A DNA stretch of 64,000 nt from the human T2T-CHM13v2.0 reference genome, Homo sapiens: the NCBI RefSeq assembly GCF_009914755.1, contig NC_060930.1, one strand, 5' to 3'. Numbering within the stretch: position 1 is the first letter of the stretch; each line of letters begins with the position of its first letter. Under the pieces are notes generated by a model, which searched no databases, had not been told where the DNA came from, and saw only the letters and a program-made list of their open reading frames with translations. The position numbers and the translations under genes are program-made. This document shows positions 1 to 9,922 of the stretch, piece by piece.

Positions 1-39
1 GGCGAGTTTCAGAAGCACTGTTTTACACAAATACAACCT

Positions 40-185
40 TTTGTGTAGGTGCTTTTAATTTTCCATTTTACACACGAGGTTTTTGAGGTTAATTAACTTG
101 CTCAAGGTCACAGAAATAGGGGGTGGCAGAAATAGAACTTGAATTCGATCCTGCCAGACCCTAAAGATGAACACTTAAACTTTCT
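40..185 (-). mobile_element. MIR SINE fragment
   Basis: CCATTTTACA...GAGGTTAATTAACTTGCTCAAGGTCACAG is the reverse-complement MIR core. Confidence 0.65.
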
Positions 186-719
186 TTTATCACTCCATGA
201 GAATTACAGCTAATTATTAAGGAACTTATGGACCTCCACATATTTTTTATATATCTAATATACTTTTTAGTATTTTTATAAATGCTGTGATATTGGATTT
301 TTAAATTTTTTATTTCTGAATAAGAGGGTATATTCATAAACACAAAAACATGAAATTTTAGGACTAGACATACTCTCCACTTCAGATCAAGAGAAGTTCA
401 ACACAGATGTAATATATGCTTTTGGTTACTATTATGTCGTGAATTTCAGAAACTAAAAATAAATTGAGTAAGTTTGGCGGTGCCTCAAAAGATAGTTTTG
501 GCCATTTGTAGGAAAAATATCCCATCATCTACAAGGATAGACTGGGTGAGGCACAGGTCAACTGAATGGCCCAAGTCAGTCAGTGATGCTGCTCTAAAAA
601 CCAGGATAAACACAGATAAACATCTTGAGGCAGGAATATCTCACCTTGGTAATGACAAGTAATTGCTGGGGTAGAAATGTCAGTGAACAATCTTTAGTGA
701 TAAAAATTCAAAGATGTGA

Positions 720-1508
720 AGCAACAAACTAGCAGAAAAAGAAATCAAGAAAGTAGTTCTATTTATAATAGCTAACAACAACAAATATCTAGGAATAAAC
801 TTAATCAAGGAGATAAGAGATCTCTACAAAGAAAACTATGAAACATGATGAAAGATATTGAAGAGGACACAAATGTAAAGACATCCTATGTTTATGAATT
901 AGAATAATTAATATTGTTAAAATGACCATATTACTCAAAGAGACTGATTCAATGCAATTCCTATCAAAATGCCAATGATATTCTTAACATAAATAGGAAA
1001 CAAAATTCTGAAATTTGTATGGAATCATGAAAGACCCCAAATAGCCAAAGAAATCTTGAACAAAAAGAGCTGGAGGCATCACACCACCAAACTTCAAAAT
1101 ATCTTACAAAGCTATAATAATCAAAACAGCATGGTATTGGCATAAAAACAGACACATAGACCAATGGAACAGAATAGAGAATGCAGAAATAAATCTAAAA
1201 TTAGTTGGCTATACTGACAGCCAACTGAATGTTTTGAGAAAGGTAGTGACAACATTCATTGGGAAAGGGATAGTCTCTTCGATATATGGTGCTGGGAAAC
1301 CTGTATATCCTTATGCAAAAAAATAAAACTAGATTTTTTTATATCTCACCATATATAAAAATCACTCAAAATGAATTAAAGACTTAAATATAAGACCTGA
1401 AATTATAAAACTACTGAAGAAAACATAGGGGAAATGCTTCAGGACATTGGTCTGTGAAAAGATTTCATGGAGAAGACTTCAAAAGCACAGACAACAAGAG
1501 CAAAAGTG
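720..1508 (+). mobile_element. Old L1 (L1MA-like) ORF2 fragment
   Basis: ORF2 3' motifs such as AAAACAGCATGGTATTGGCATAAAAACAGACACATAGACCAATGGAACAGAATAGAG; many disablements. Confidence 0.85.
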
Positions 1509-1517
1509 ATCTCAAGG

Positions 1518-3062
1518 TTTTTTTCATATGCTTGTTGGCTGCCTGTATGCCTTCTTTTGAGAAGTGCCTGTTCATATCCTTGGCCCACCTTTTTAATGGA
1601 GTTGCTTTTCTCTTGTAAATTTGTTTAAGTTTCTTAGAGATGCTGGATATTGGACTTTTGTCAGGTGCATAGTTTGCAAATATTTTCTCCCACTCTGTAG
1701 GTTGTCTGTTTACTCTATTGATAGTTTCTTTTGCTGTGCAGAAGCTCTTAAGTTTAATTAAATCCCATTTGTCAATTTTTGCTTTTGTGGTAATTGGTTT
1801 TGGTGTCTTTACCATGAATTCTTTGCTCATGCCTATGTCCAGGATGGTATTGCCTAGGTTGGCTTTTTTATAGTTTTGGATTTTACATTTAAGTCTTTAA
1901 TCCATCTTTAGTTGATTTTTGTATATGGTGGAAGGAAGGGGCCCAGCTTCAATCTTCTGCATATGGTTATAACCCAGCACCATTTATTGTATAGGGAGTC
2001 CTTTCCCCATTGCTTGTATTTGTTAGCTTTGTCGAAGATCAGATGGTTGTAGACATGTGGCCTTATTTCTGAACTCTCTATTCTGTTACATTGGTCTATG
2101 TGCCTGTTTTTGTATCATGCTGTTTTGGTTACTGTAGCTTTGTAGTATATAGTCTGAAGTTGGGTACTGTGATGCCCCCAGCTTTGTTCTTTTTGCTTAG
2201 GATTGCCTTGGCTATTCAGGTCCTTTTTTGTTCCATATAAATTTTAAAATACTTTTTTTCTAGTTCTGTGAAGAATGTCATTGGTAGTTTGATAGGAATA
2301 GCATTGAATCTGTAAATTTCTTTAGTCATTTTAATGATACTGATTGTTTCTATCCATGAGCATAAGATGTTTTTCATTTGTGTCTTCTATGGTTTCTTTG
2401 AAGAGTGTTTTGTAATTCTTGTTGTAGAGATCTTTCACCTCCCTAGTTAGCTGTATTCCTAGGTATTTTATTCTTCTTGTGCAATTGTGAGTGGGATTGC
2501 CTTTCTGATTTGGTCCTTGGTTTGGCTGTTGCTGGTGTATAGGAATGCTAGTGATTTTTGTACATTGATTTTGTATCCTGCAGCTTTGCTGAAGTTGTTT
2601 ATCAGCTGGAGGAGCTTTTGGGCCAAGACTATGGTATTTCCTAGATATAGAATCATGTCATCTGCAAGCAGAGATAGTTTGACTTCCTCTCTTCCTATAC
2701 AGATGCTCTTTATTTCTTTCTCTTGTCTGATTGCTCTGGCTAAGACTTCCAATACTAAGTTGAATAGAAGTGGTGAGAGAGGGCATCCTCCTCTTGTGTC
2801 AGTTTTCAAGGAGGGTACTTCCAGTTTTTGCCCATTCACTATAATATTGGCTGTGGGTTTGTCATAGATGCTTTTTATTAGTTTAAGGTATGTTCCTTAA
2901 ATATTTAGTTTATTGAGAATTTTTTAACATGATGGGTGTTGAATTTTATTGAAAGCCTTTTCGGCATCTATTGAGATAATCATGTGCTTTTTGTTTTTAG
3001 TTTTATTTATGCGATGAATGACATTTATTGATTTGTGTATGTTGAACAAACCTTGCATCCTG
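1518..3062 (-). mobile_element. L1 (older L1PA/L1PB-like) ORF2 RT/C-terminal fragment, inverted segment
   Basis: ORF track gives ORF2 peptides: [53 protein letters not shown]. Confidence 0.92.
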
Positions 3063-3260
3063 TGCCCCCACAGCTCATGGGCTGTGCCTTCTGGTGGAGA
3101 TGGCAATGTGTGGACACTGCCAAGATTTACCACCTGTGCCTTCCAGAGGGGAGGTCACTGCAGCCTTCAGCCTACCTGGGGCAGCTGAGCAGTGTGGCAC
3201 CAGAATGCAGGGAGTAGAACCTTGAGGCAGCACCTGGAAACAAGTGCAAAGGTCCCATGC
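3062..3260 (-). mobile_element. MaLR internal-sequence fragment
   Basis: TGTGCCCCCACAGCTC...CTGCCAAGATTTAC resembles the MST-int stretch at about 53328-53480 in this window. Confidence 0.6.
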
Positions 3261-3336
3261 AAGGAATAGGGGACAGAACTCTATCAAAGAGGTGCCCAAA
3301 GCCCCTCTTTGATAGAGTTCTATCCCCTATGCCTTG
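3260..3336. repeat. 33-bp-arm inverted repeat (2 mismatches, 11-nt loop)
   Basis: 3260-3292 CAAGGAATAGGGGACAGAACTCTATCAAAGAGG pairs with 3304-3336 CCTCTTTGATAGAGTTCTATCCCCTATGCCTTG. Confidence 0.95.
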
Positions 3337-3585
3337 GCTGAATATCACTGATCATTAGAAAAATGCAAATCAATACCACAGTGAGGTACTATCTCACACA
3401 AGTCAGAATGACTATTATTAAAAAGTAAAAAAATAACAGATGCTGGTGAGGTTGTGGAGAAACAGGAACACTTATACACTGTTGATGGGAGTGTAAATTA
3501 ATTCAACCATTGTGGAAAGCCGTATGGCAATTCCTCAGAAAGTTAAAATGCTGAATCATTTGATTCAGCAGTCAACCCCATTACA
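3337..3585 (+). mobile_element. L1 ORF2 C-terminal fragment, continuing the L1 sequence broken at 1518
   Basis: ATCACTGATCATTAGAAAAATGCAAATCAATACCAC...GGTGAGGTTGTGGAGAAACAGGAACACTTATACACTG. Confidence 0.9.
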
Positions 3586-3900
3586 GCTGCCTCCACCTAG
3601 ATTTCAAAAAATGGAGCTGCCAGGGGCCTTGGGCACATGACCCAGGGAGAGAGCTGCCAGAAGGGCTGAGCCCTTTCAGAAAGCACACACTAGGGAAATG
3701 CCCAGTGGAGCCATGGGGCAGGTATGGCCCTAAGACCCTAGAACTGTAGAGACACCAGTGTGCAATGCCAACCTAAAAGAGCTCTGGTATCTGACTCCAA
3801 GCCATGAGAGCTATTGTGTGGGCTGTTCTCAGCAAAGCAATTGGTCTGGGACAGGCTGGAACTCTGGGGCCTATTCCCCACCTCAGTATCAACACAGCAA
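3585..3900 (+). mobile_element. MaLR internal-sequence fragment
   Basis: CTGCCTCCACCTAGATTTCA matches the reverse complement of MST-int at about 53283-53302; CTAGGG...CCAGTGGAGCCATGG motifs follow. Confidence 0.6.
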
Positions 3901-3971
3901 CCGCTTTGTGGGTAAATTACATTGATGAACAGTGGCCTGCCTATTTGAAAAGATGTTTTTCCTTCAGAAAT

Positions 3972-4433
3972 TGTTATGGGTTGAATTGTGTAGCCCAAAA
4001 GTCATATTTTTTAGTTCTAATCCCTGATAGCTCAGAATGTGACCTTATTCAGAAATACGGTTTTTACAAATGTAATTCATTAAGTTGAGGTCATACTGGA
4101 GTAGGATAGATTTCTAATCCTATATGACTGGAATCCTTATAAAATAAAAGAAACTTGGACAAGAACACACATGCAGGAAGAACAGCATGTGAAGATGGAG
4201 ACAGAGATCTGGGTGTCATAGCAGAAGCCAAGGAATACCCAAGCTTGCTAGGAAACCACCAGAAGCTAGGAGGGAGAGCTGGAACAGATTTCCTCTTACA
4301 GCCCTCAGAAGGAACCAACCCTGCTAGCACCTTGATCTGCTTTCTAGCGTCCAGAACTGAGACAATAAATTTCTGTTATTCTAAGGCAGCAAATTTTGAT
4401 ACCTTGTCACAGCAGTCCTAGCAAACCAATACA
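3972..4433 (+). mobile_element. MLT1 (MLT1C-like) LTR
   Basis: TGTTATGGGTTGAATTGTGT start; CCCTCAGAAGGAACCAACCCTGC; AATAAATTTCTGTT; ends CAAACCAATACA. Confidence 0.85.
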
Positions 4434-4504
4434 GGGACTATAAATGACAATAAGAAACATAAAAATAAATATTCCTCCCTTGGGGGATTTTGAGAATTGC
4501 AGAA

Positions 4505-4690
4505 TACAGTTGGCAGTCTAGTATAAATGAAAAATCAGACAGGTCTGGATTGAAATCTTACCTATATCATGGTCTGGGTGGGTTTCTTTGACTGAGTTAT
4601 CCAGATTCTCAGAGCCTCAATATCTTTATCTAAATAATGGAGAAATAGTATTTAATATTTTGGTTGTTGTTAATGACTGAATAATATCTG
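4505..4690 (+). mobile_element. MIR fragment
   Basis: CTCAGAGCCTCAATATCTTTATCTAAATAATGGAGAAATAGTA, a degenerate MIR core. Confidence 0.5.
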
Positions 4691-4733
4691 TACTATTTCA
4701 ATTATTGTTTTGAAAATGTAATTGCTGCCATTC

Positions 4734-5113
4734 CACTATGGTTTGAATGTGTCCTCCAAAGTTCATGCACTGGAAACTTTTTTTCTCAATGCAACAGTGT
4801 TGAGAAATGGGACCTTTAAGAAGTGATTAGGTCATGAGAGCTCTGCCCTCATGAATTGATTAATGTAGTTATTGTAGAAGCAAGTTTGTTGTTGAGAGAG
4901 TGGATTTGTTATAAAAACAAGTTAAGCTCTCTCTCTCTCTCAACATGTCATGCCTTTTATCATGTTATGATGCAGGAAGAAGACCCTCACCAGATGTGAC
5001 CCCTTGATCTTGGAATTCCAAGCCTCCAGAACTGTGAGGCACTAAATTTCTTTTCTTAATAAATCACCCAGTCTCACGTATACTGTTAGAATAGCACAAA
5101 ACAGACTAAGACA
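4734..5113 (+). mobile_element. MST-family (MSTC/D-like) solo LTR
   Basis: CTATGGTTTGAATGTGTCCTCCAAAGTTCATG start; AGCCTCCAGAACTGTGAG; ends ACAGACTAAGACA. Confidence 0.8.
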
Positions 5114-5338
5114 TATTCACTGCTTAATATGCATTATTTCACAACAAATCAATGAAGATATTACTGTATTACCTCCATTTAGGGAAAAGTGATTAGACTT
5201 ATGCATGGGTCATACTCTTTTTAAGAATAAACCTGTCATCTAAGGCAAAAGTCACAAACACTGTACCTCTCACTTCTTGGATTATCTGCCTAGTGAAGAA
5301 CATATGTCTGTTGCATTTGCTTTATATCATATCATATC

Positions 5339-5368
5339 GTGTGTGTGAGTGTGTGTGTGTGTGTGTGT
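5339..5368. repeat. (GT)n microsatellite
   Basis: Seen directly, one interruption. Confidence 0.95.
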
Positions 5369-5819
5369 ATACATACATATTTGCAATATTGTGACTTCTG
5401 TACAGGAGCTTGAACCAGAAGTATGGCTCCTTTATTTTTCAAGTATTTCTAGCAAAATTATAAAGTAATGATTAATGATTAACATGGCATTAAATCATAA
5501 AATGACCAGAATTATACCTAATGTAAAAATAATAAACCAAATGAGAAAATAATCCATCAATTATTTTTTACAGAAAATACTTTCTTCCTCATGCAATACA
5601 AGAAGTTATGGTATTTTTTGGCATCCCCCTATGATTTAAACTTTGATTTCTGTTTATTTGTCATTTCACCATAGTACTTGAGTATAATATTTTGGAGATT
5701 GTACTTTAAAATAATTGCTAGTCTAAAGAAAAATATTACACAAAGTCAAACGACTTTTGTGCTTCATTTAAAGAGATAATTATATATAACTTTCATGAAA
5801 CTATGGTATTAATTATTTA

Positions 5820-5930
5820 TCTGTAGATTATAATCTCTTTTCAAGACTATTATATACTCATTATTTCTCTTCATGGAACCCAGAACAGGGGCTTGCACAA
5901 ATTACGTGCATAATAAGGTTTGCTGATGAT
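5820..5930 (+). mobile_element. L2 3' end fragment
   Basis: CCCAGAACAGGGGCTTGCACAAATTACGTGCATAATAAGGTTTGCTGA resembles the L2 terminus. Confidence 0.45.
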
Positions 5931-6369
5931 AGTGTAGGTCACTCATACAACTTATTTAACTTGCAAGTATCTTTAAAAATAATGTATTTCTTTCATTGAT
6001 CGTGTAATTCTTATTTTGAATATGTAAATGTACTCTTCAGAAAACTGGAAAAAAATCCCAGTAGTTTTATTCTTACATGGTGATTATATATTAATACTAA
6101 AACTCCAAATTTATCTATACTAAGTAAAACTTATCCATTGCACAGGAAATGAATGATTTCGTACTTTTTGAGAAGTTCTGAGAACTCAGCAAGCGTTGAA
6201 CTAAATGGTATGATGGAATATGGATGATTATCTCCAGCTGTGAAATATCTGTTCCAATCCCAGGGTATCAGGACCCTTTAAAAAGAAGAAGAGATGCATG
6301 AGCTTAACTGTTGGTTCCTCATTATTATATGAAATTCTATAAGATGTGGATTGGAAGTTTACACGATTG

Positions 6370-6560
6370 CATTTGGAAGCAGTTTGGTGAAATTTATCTA
6401 TGATGCATTTCAGTGGTTCAGTTGTTAGCCTCATCTATCCTGTTTACAAGAGTACATTTGGAAGCAGTTCATTTGGTGAAATTTATCTAGGATGTGTTTT
6501 GGTGGTTCAGTTCTTAGCCTCATATATCCTGCTGTGTCCTACAAAATGCACATTGGGAAT
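6370..6560. repeat. Diverged tandem duplication, unit about 85-96 bp
   Basis: CATTTGGAAGCAGTT...TGGTGAAATTTATCTA...GTGGTTCAGTT.TTAGCCTCAT.TATCCTG starts at 6370 and 6455. Confidence 0.9.
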
Positions 6561-7319
6561 TTAAAGTCTGTTTAACATTCTGCTTTTAGAGTACGTGAGC
6601 CACATCACTTGAACTGTGAATGACCATTTGGTGGTCTTTTAATTCCTGAGGATACTTCGTTCCTTTGAAATAAGAAACAATCTTTAAGAGGATAATTTCT
6701 TTGAGAAATAGTAGTAAGTGCACATGGTAGTAGTTTTCTATCATTCTGCTTCCTAAATGATTACCCTTAAAACCGATCATAAATCCTACCTAAGTGAGGG
6801 CAATGAGAAATAGCTCAGGAAGCTGATCAGGAAGGTGACTTTGGGAGTATGTGAGTTAACTGGGTGGTGCCAACATAGCATTACCACAAAGCACTCATCA
6901 GGTATTAGTATATGGACTATGAGAAAATTTTTCCTTATTTTTCAAAAGTGACTAACATCTAAGAAAAAAAGAGTATGAAATAAATTCCTGTCTTGAGAAA
7001 GCTGCTCTCTGATAGTCACATCTTCAAATAATTCTATAGTCATAGTTACATTTGGGAAATTCAACATTTGATAATAAAAGTTCTATCAATGGCTGAATAA
7101 ATGGAATGTTGTATAAGAGGAAAAGAAGCCCTGGGATCTTCAAATGCTTTATATTAAAGTTTACTTGGTGGCACATTTATGTGCAGCATTTTATAGTACT
7201 TTATGAAGCTGTATCCTCCAGTCATCTTGGTTTTAAGGAACTGAGGAAAATTTTACTAATTTCTCTAGACCTTGAGTAGCAATTGTAGAAGATTAATTTA
7301 TTCACTACCTTTATGATAA

Positions 7320-7570
7320 TACAGCATAAGATTCAGAACACTGGCTATGAAGTTAGGCTGCCTAGGTTTGAATCTTTATTATGTTTTTATTAGCTATATG
7401 ACCTTATTAGGCATTTGCAAGTCACATAATCTCTTCTGTCACCCTATCTGTAAAATAAAGATATAATCAGTGGCTATTTCATAAAGTTTATCAAGGTTAA
7501 ATGAGGATAAAGCATATAAGTAAAATTCTCGGGATAGTGTTTGGCATACAATAAGTGTTCAAACACGTAG
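7320..7570 (+). mobile_element. MIR, near full length
   Basis: GGCTGCCTAGGTTTGAATC...ATCTGTAAAATAAAGAT...GTGTTTGGCATACAATAAGTGTTCAA. Confidence 0.8.
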
Positions 7571-8523
7571 GACACTCCTTTCAAGCCAAGGAGCATGAAA
7601 ATGATCAAGGTGCAAAGAGAGTAAGGATTTGTATTTCCCTTTGCTTCTCTCTTGCTCATCAATAGTTTAGGGAGCTTCTCAGGAAGCCACAGCAGATATT
7701 ACCAGAGATGTCATATAGAGCTGAAAGTGTATTCAGAAAAACCACAGTGCTGCTTTTGTGTGTCAGTAACCAAAAATGCAACACTGCGATTGTCTGCACA
7801 AAAATAGGTAATGTCAGGTAGGCTTCTCAGTAGTTAAATGATACAGTTAGAAGAACTGTTGAACATACTTTTCACAAAATGGAAAAAAACTACATACAAG
7901 ATCTAGCGGAGCTAAAATTTAAATAACCAGCTCGAGTTATGTGCTTCTAAATATAGCTCTGTTTCTCATTATCTGCATGGCTCATCTTCCAGCATGAAGA
8001 TTAGCATGTGCTTATATCCATAAAATTGGCAGGTATTTAATTTACGGTAACTGGGTTTTTAAATTTAAATGTTAGATTTAATAGGCTAGATAAAATGTAA
8101 CAATTATGTATGAAAAAATTAACTGAGTCTGTTGTAATTCATTCAAGTAATGCTCACAATACAGGATAAATGGGAAGTAAATCTTTTAGAATCTGCCACT
8201 TTACCTTTTTTAGTAGTTGCACAGTTCTTCCGCACAGTTTTATGGCATAGTCCTTATTTAACAGACATACATATTTAAGCAACTTATGTAGAATATATCA
8301 TAGGAAATAATTGAAAATCTAAGTTATGATGGGTGTTGAGATCTATCCTGTTTTGTTCCTTAAATACCAGAAAAGTATAATCAATTAATTCTTTAGACAA
8401 ATCTTAAAAGGGTACTTCTTAACTCAAACCCATATTGTTAAACTTTGGCTTCTCTCCTACAAAACTACTAAGCAAAAAACAAACTCACTTTAAAAAATTG
8501 CTATAACAGATGCTTTTGGTGCC

Positions 8524-8856
8524 TGACATGGTTTGGATCTTCGTCCCCGCCCAAACTGCATGTTGAATTACAATCTGCGATGTTGGAGGTGGGGCCTGGT
8601 GGGAGGTGATTGGATCATGGTGGTGGTTTCTCATGAATGGGTTGGTACCATCCCTTTGGTACTGTACCTGTGATAGAGTTCTCACAAGATCTAGTTGTTT
8701 AGAAGTATGTGGCATCTCCTTCTTCTCTCTCAGTCCTGCTCCTGCTTTGCTTTTGGCCATGAGTAAAAACTCCCTGAGGCCTCCCCAGAAGAAGACGCTG
8801 CCACACTTCCTGTACAGCCTGTGGAACTGTGAGCAAATTAAACCTCTTTTCTTTAT
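8524..8856 (+). mobile_element. MSTA-like LTR, 3'-truncated
   Basis: TGACATGGTTTGGATC; GGGCCTGGTGGGAGGTGATTGGATCATGG; GAACTGTGAGCAAATTAAACCTCTTTTCTTTAT. Confidence 0.85.
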
Positions 8857-8879
8857 TCTAAGATGTTTCCTAGAATAAA

Positions 8880-9486
8880 GAATTCTAAGATTTTTTCAAG
8901 CTCCTGGCTCCTGGTATACACACTCTATCTCACAATTATTTAATCAAACACTAACCTAGGTGCTGCTGTGAAGAGATTTTTCAGATGGAATTAAAGTCCT
9001 AATCTTTTCACCTTAAGATAGGAACACTATCTGACCTAATGGCATGAACCCTTTAAAATCAGAGTTTTTTTTCCATCGCTGGCAGAAGAAGAAGTCATCA
9101 AGATTCATCCTTACTGGCCTAAAAGAAAGCAAACATCCGTTTTGTGAACTGCCTGGGGCCCTGGGAGGTGCAGGTGGGGAGAGGGCACCTGGCAAGGAAA
9201 TGTGGGCAGTCTCAGTGGGAACTGAGAGCAGAACTGAAAGTGAAACTTGAGTCCTACAGCTATAGGATGAATTCTGCTAATAACCAATAAGCTTGGAAGG
9301 GAACCCTGAATCCAGCTGAGAATGACAGTCCTGGCCAACACCTTCATTTTAGTCCAGTGAGACCCTGAGCAGAGAATCTATGCCACACCTGAACTTCTGA
9401 CCTTCAGAAACTGAGCTAAAAAATGGGTATTTTTTTAAAGCTGCTGCCTGTGGTAATTTATTGTGCAGCAATAAAAAACTAATGCA
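8880..9486 (+). mobile_element. MLT1E-like LTR
   Basis: CAAACACTAACCTAGGTGCTGCTGTGAAG; GTGAGACCCTGAGCAGAGAA; ends GCAGCAATAAAAAACTAATGCA. Confidence 0.75.
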
Positions 9487-9511
9487 CTAATGTTCAACTG
9501 TTGCTAATAGT

Positions 9512-9922
9512 TCTGTGTGAGCTCAGACTCACCTCATACCAGCATCATCCTACCTTAAAGATTCACTATGTGTCCATCCTCTTTCTACCCCAGGGTCTTC
9601 TCCAATGAGTAGAAGCTTCTTTGGCCCTGTGCAGTCACAGCTTGGAAGTATAAGGGACTTGATACTCTACACCACTAATCCAATGGAGGGTAAAGTCAGT
9701 AGATGAAAGTTCCAGCCTAGTGCTCTTTGAGTGGACAATTCCACATGTTTCACAGAAGTGCTGGTAGAACTGAGCCTTGATTCCTAGAGCAGTGACCTCA
9801 ACTGCTCACCATCTCAACATTTTATTAACTTATCCTTCTTGTCTCATTTTCTTTCTACAATAAACTTTCCTGCATGCAAGTTCTTCTCTCAGATTCTGTT
9901 TTCAGGGAAATCCAAACTAAGA
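9512..9922 (+). mobile_element. LTR16-like ERVL LTR
   Basis: CAATAAACTTTCCTGCATGCAAGTTCTTCTCTCAGATTCTGTTTTCAGGGAAATCCAAACTAAGA is a typical ERVL LTR 3' end. Confidence 0.6.
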
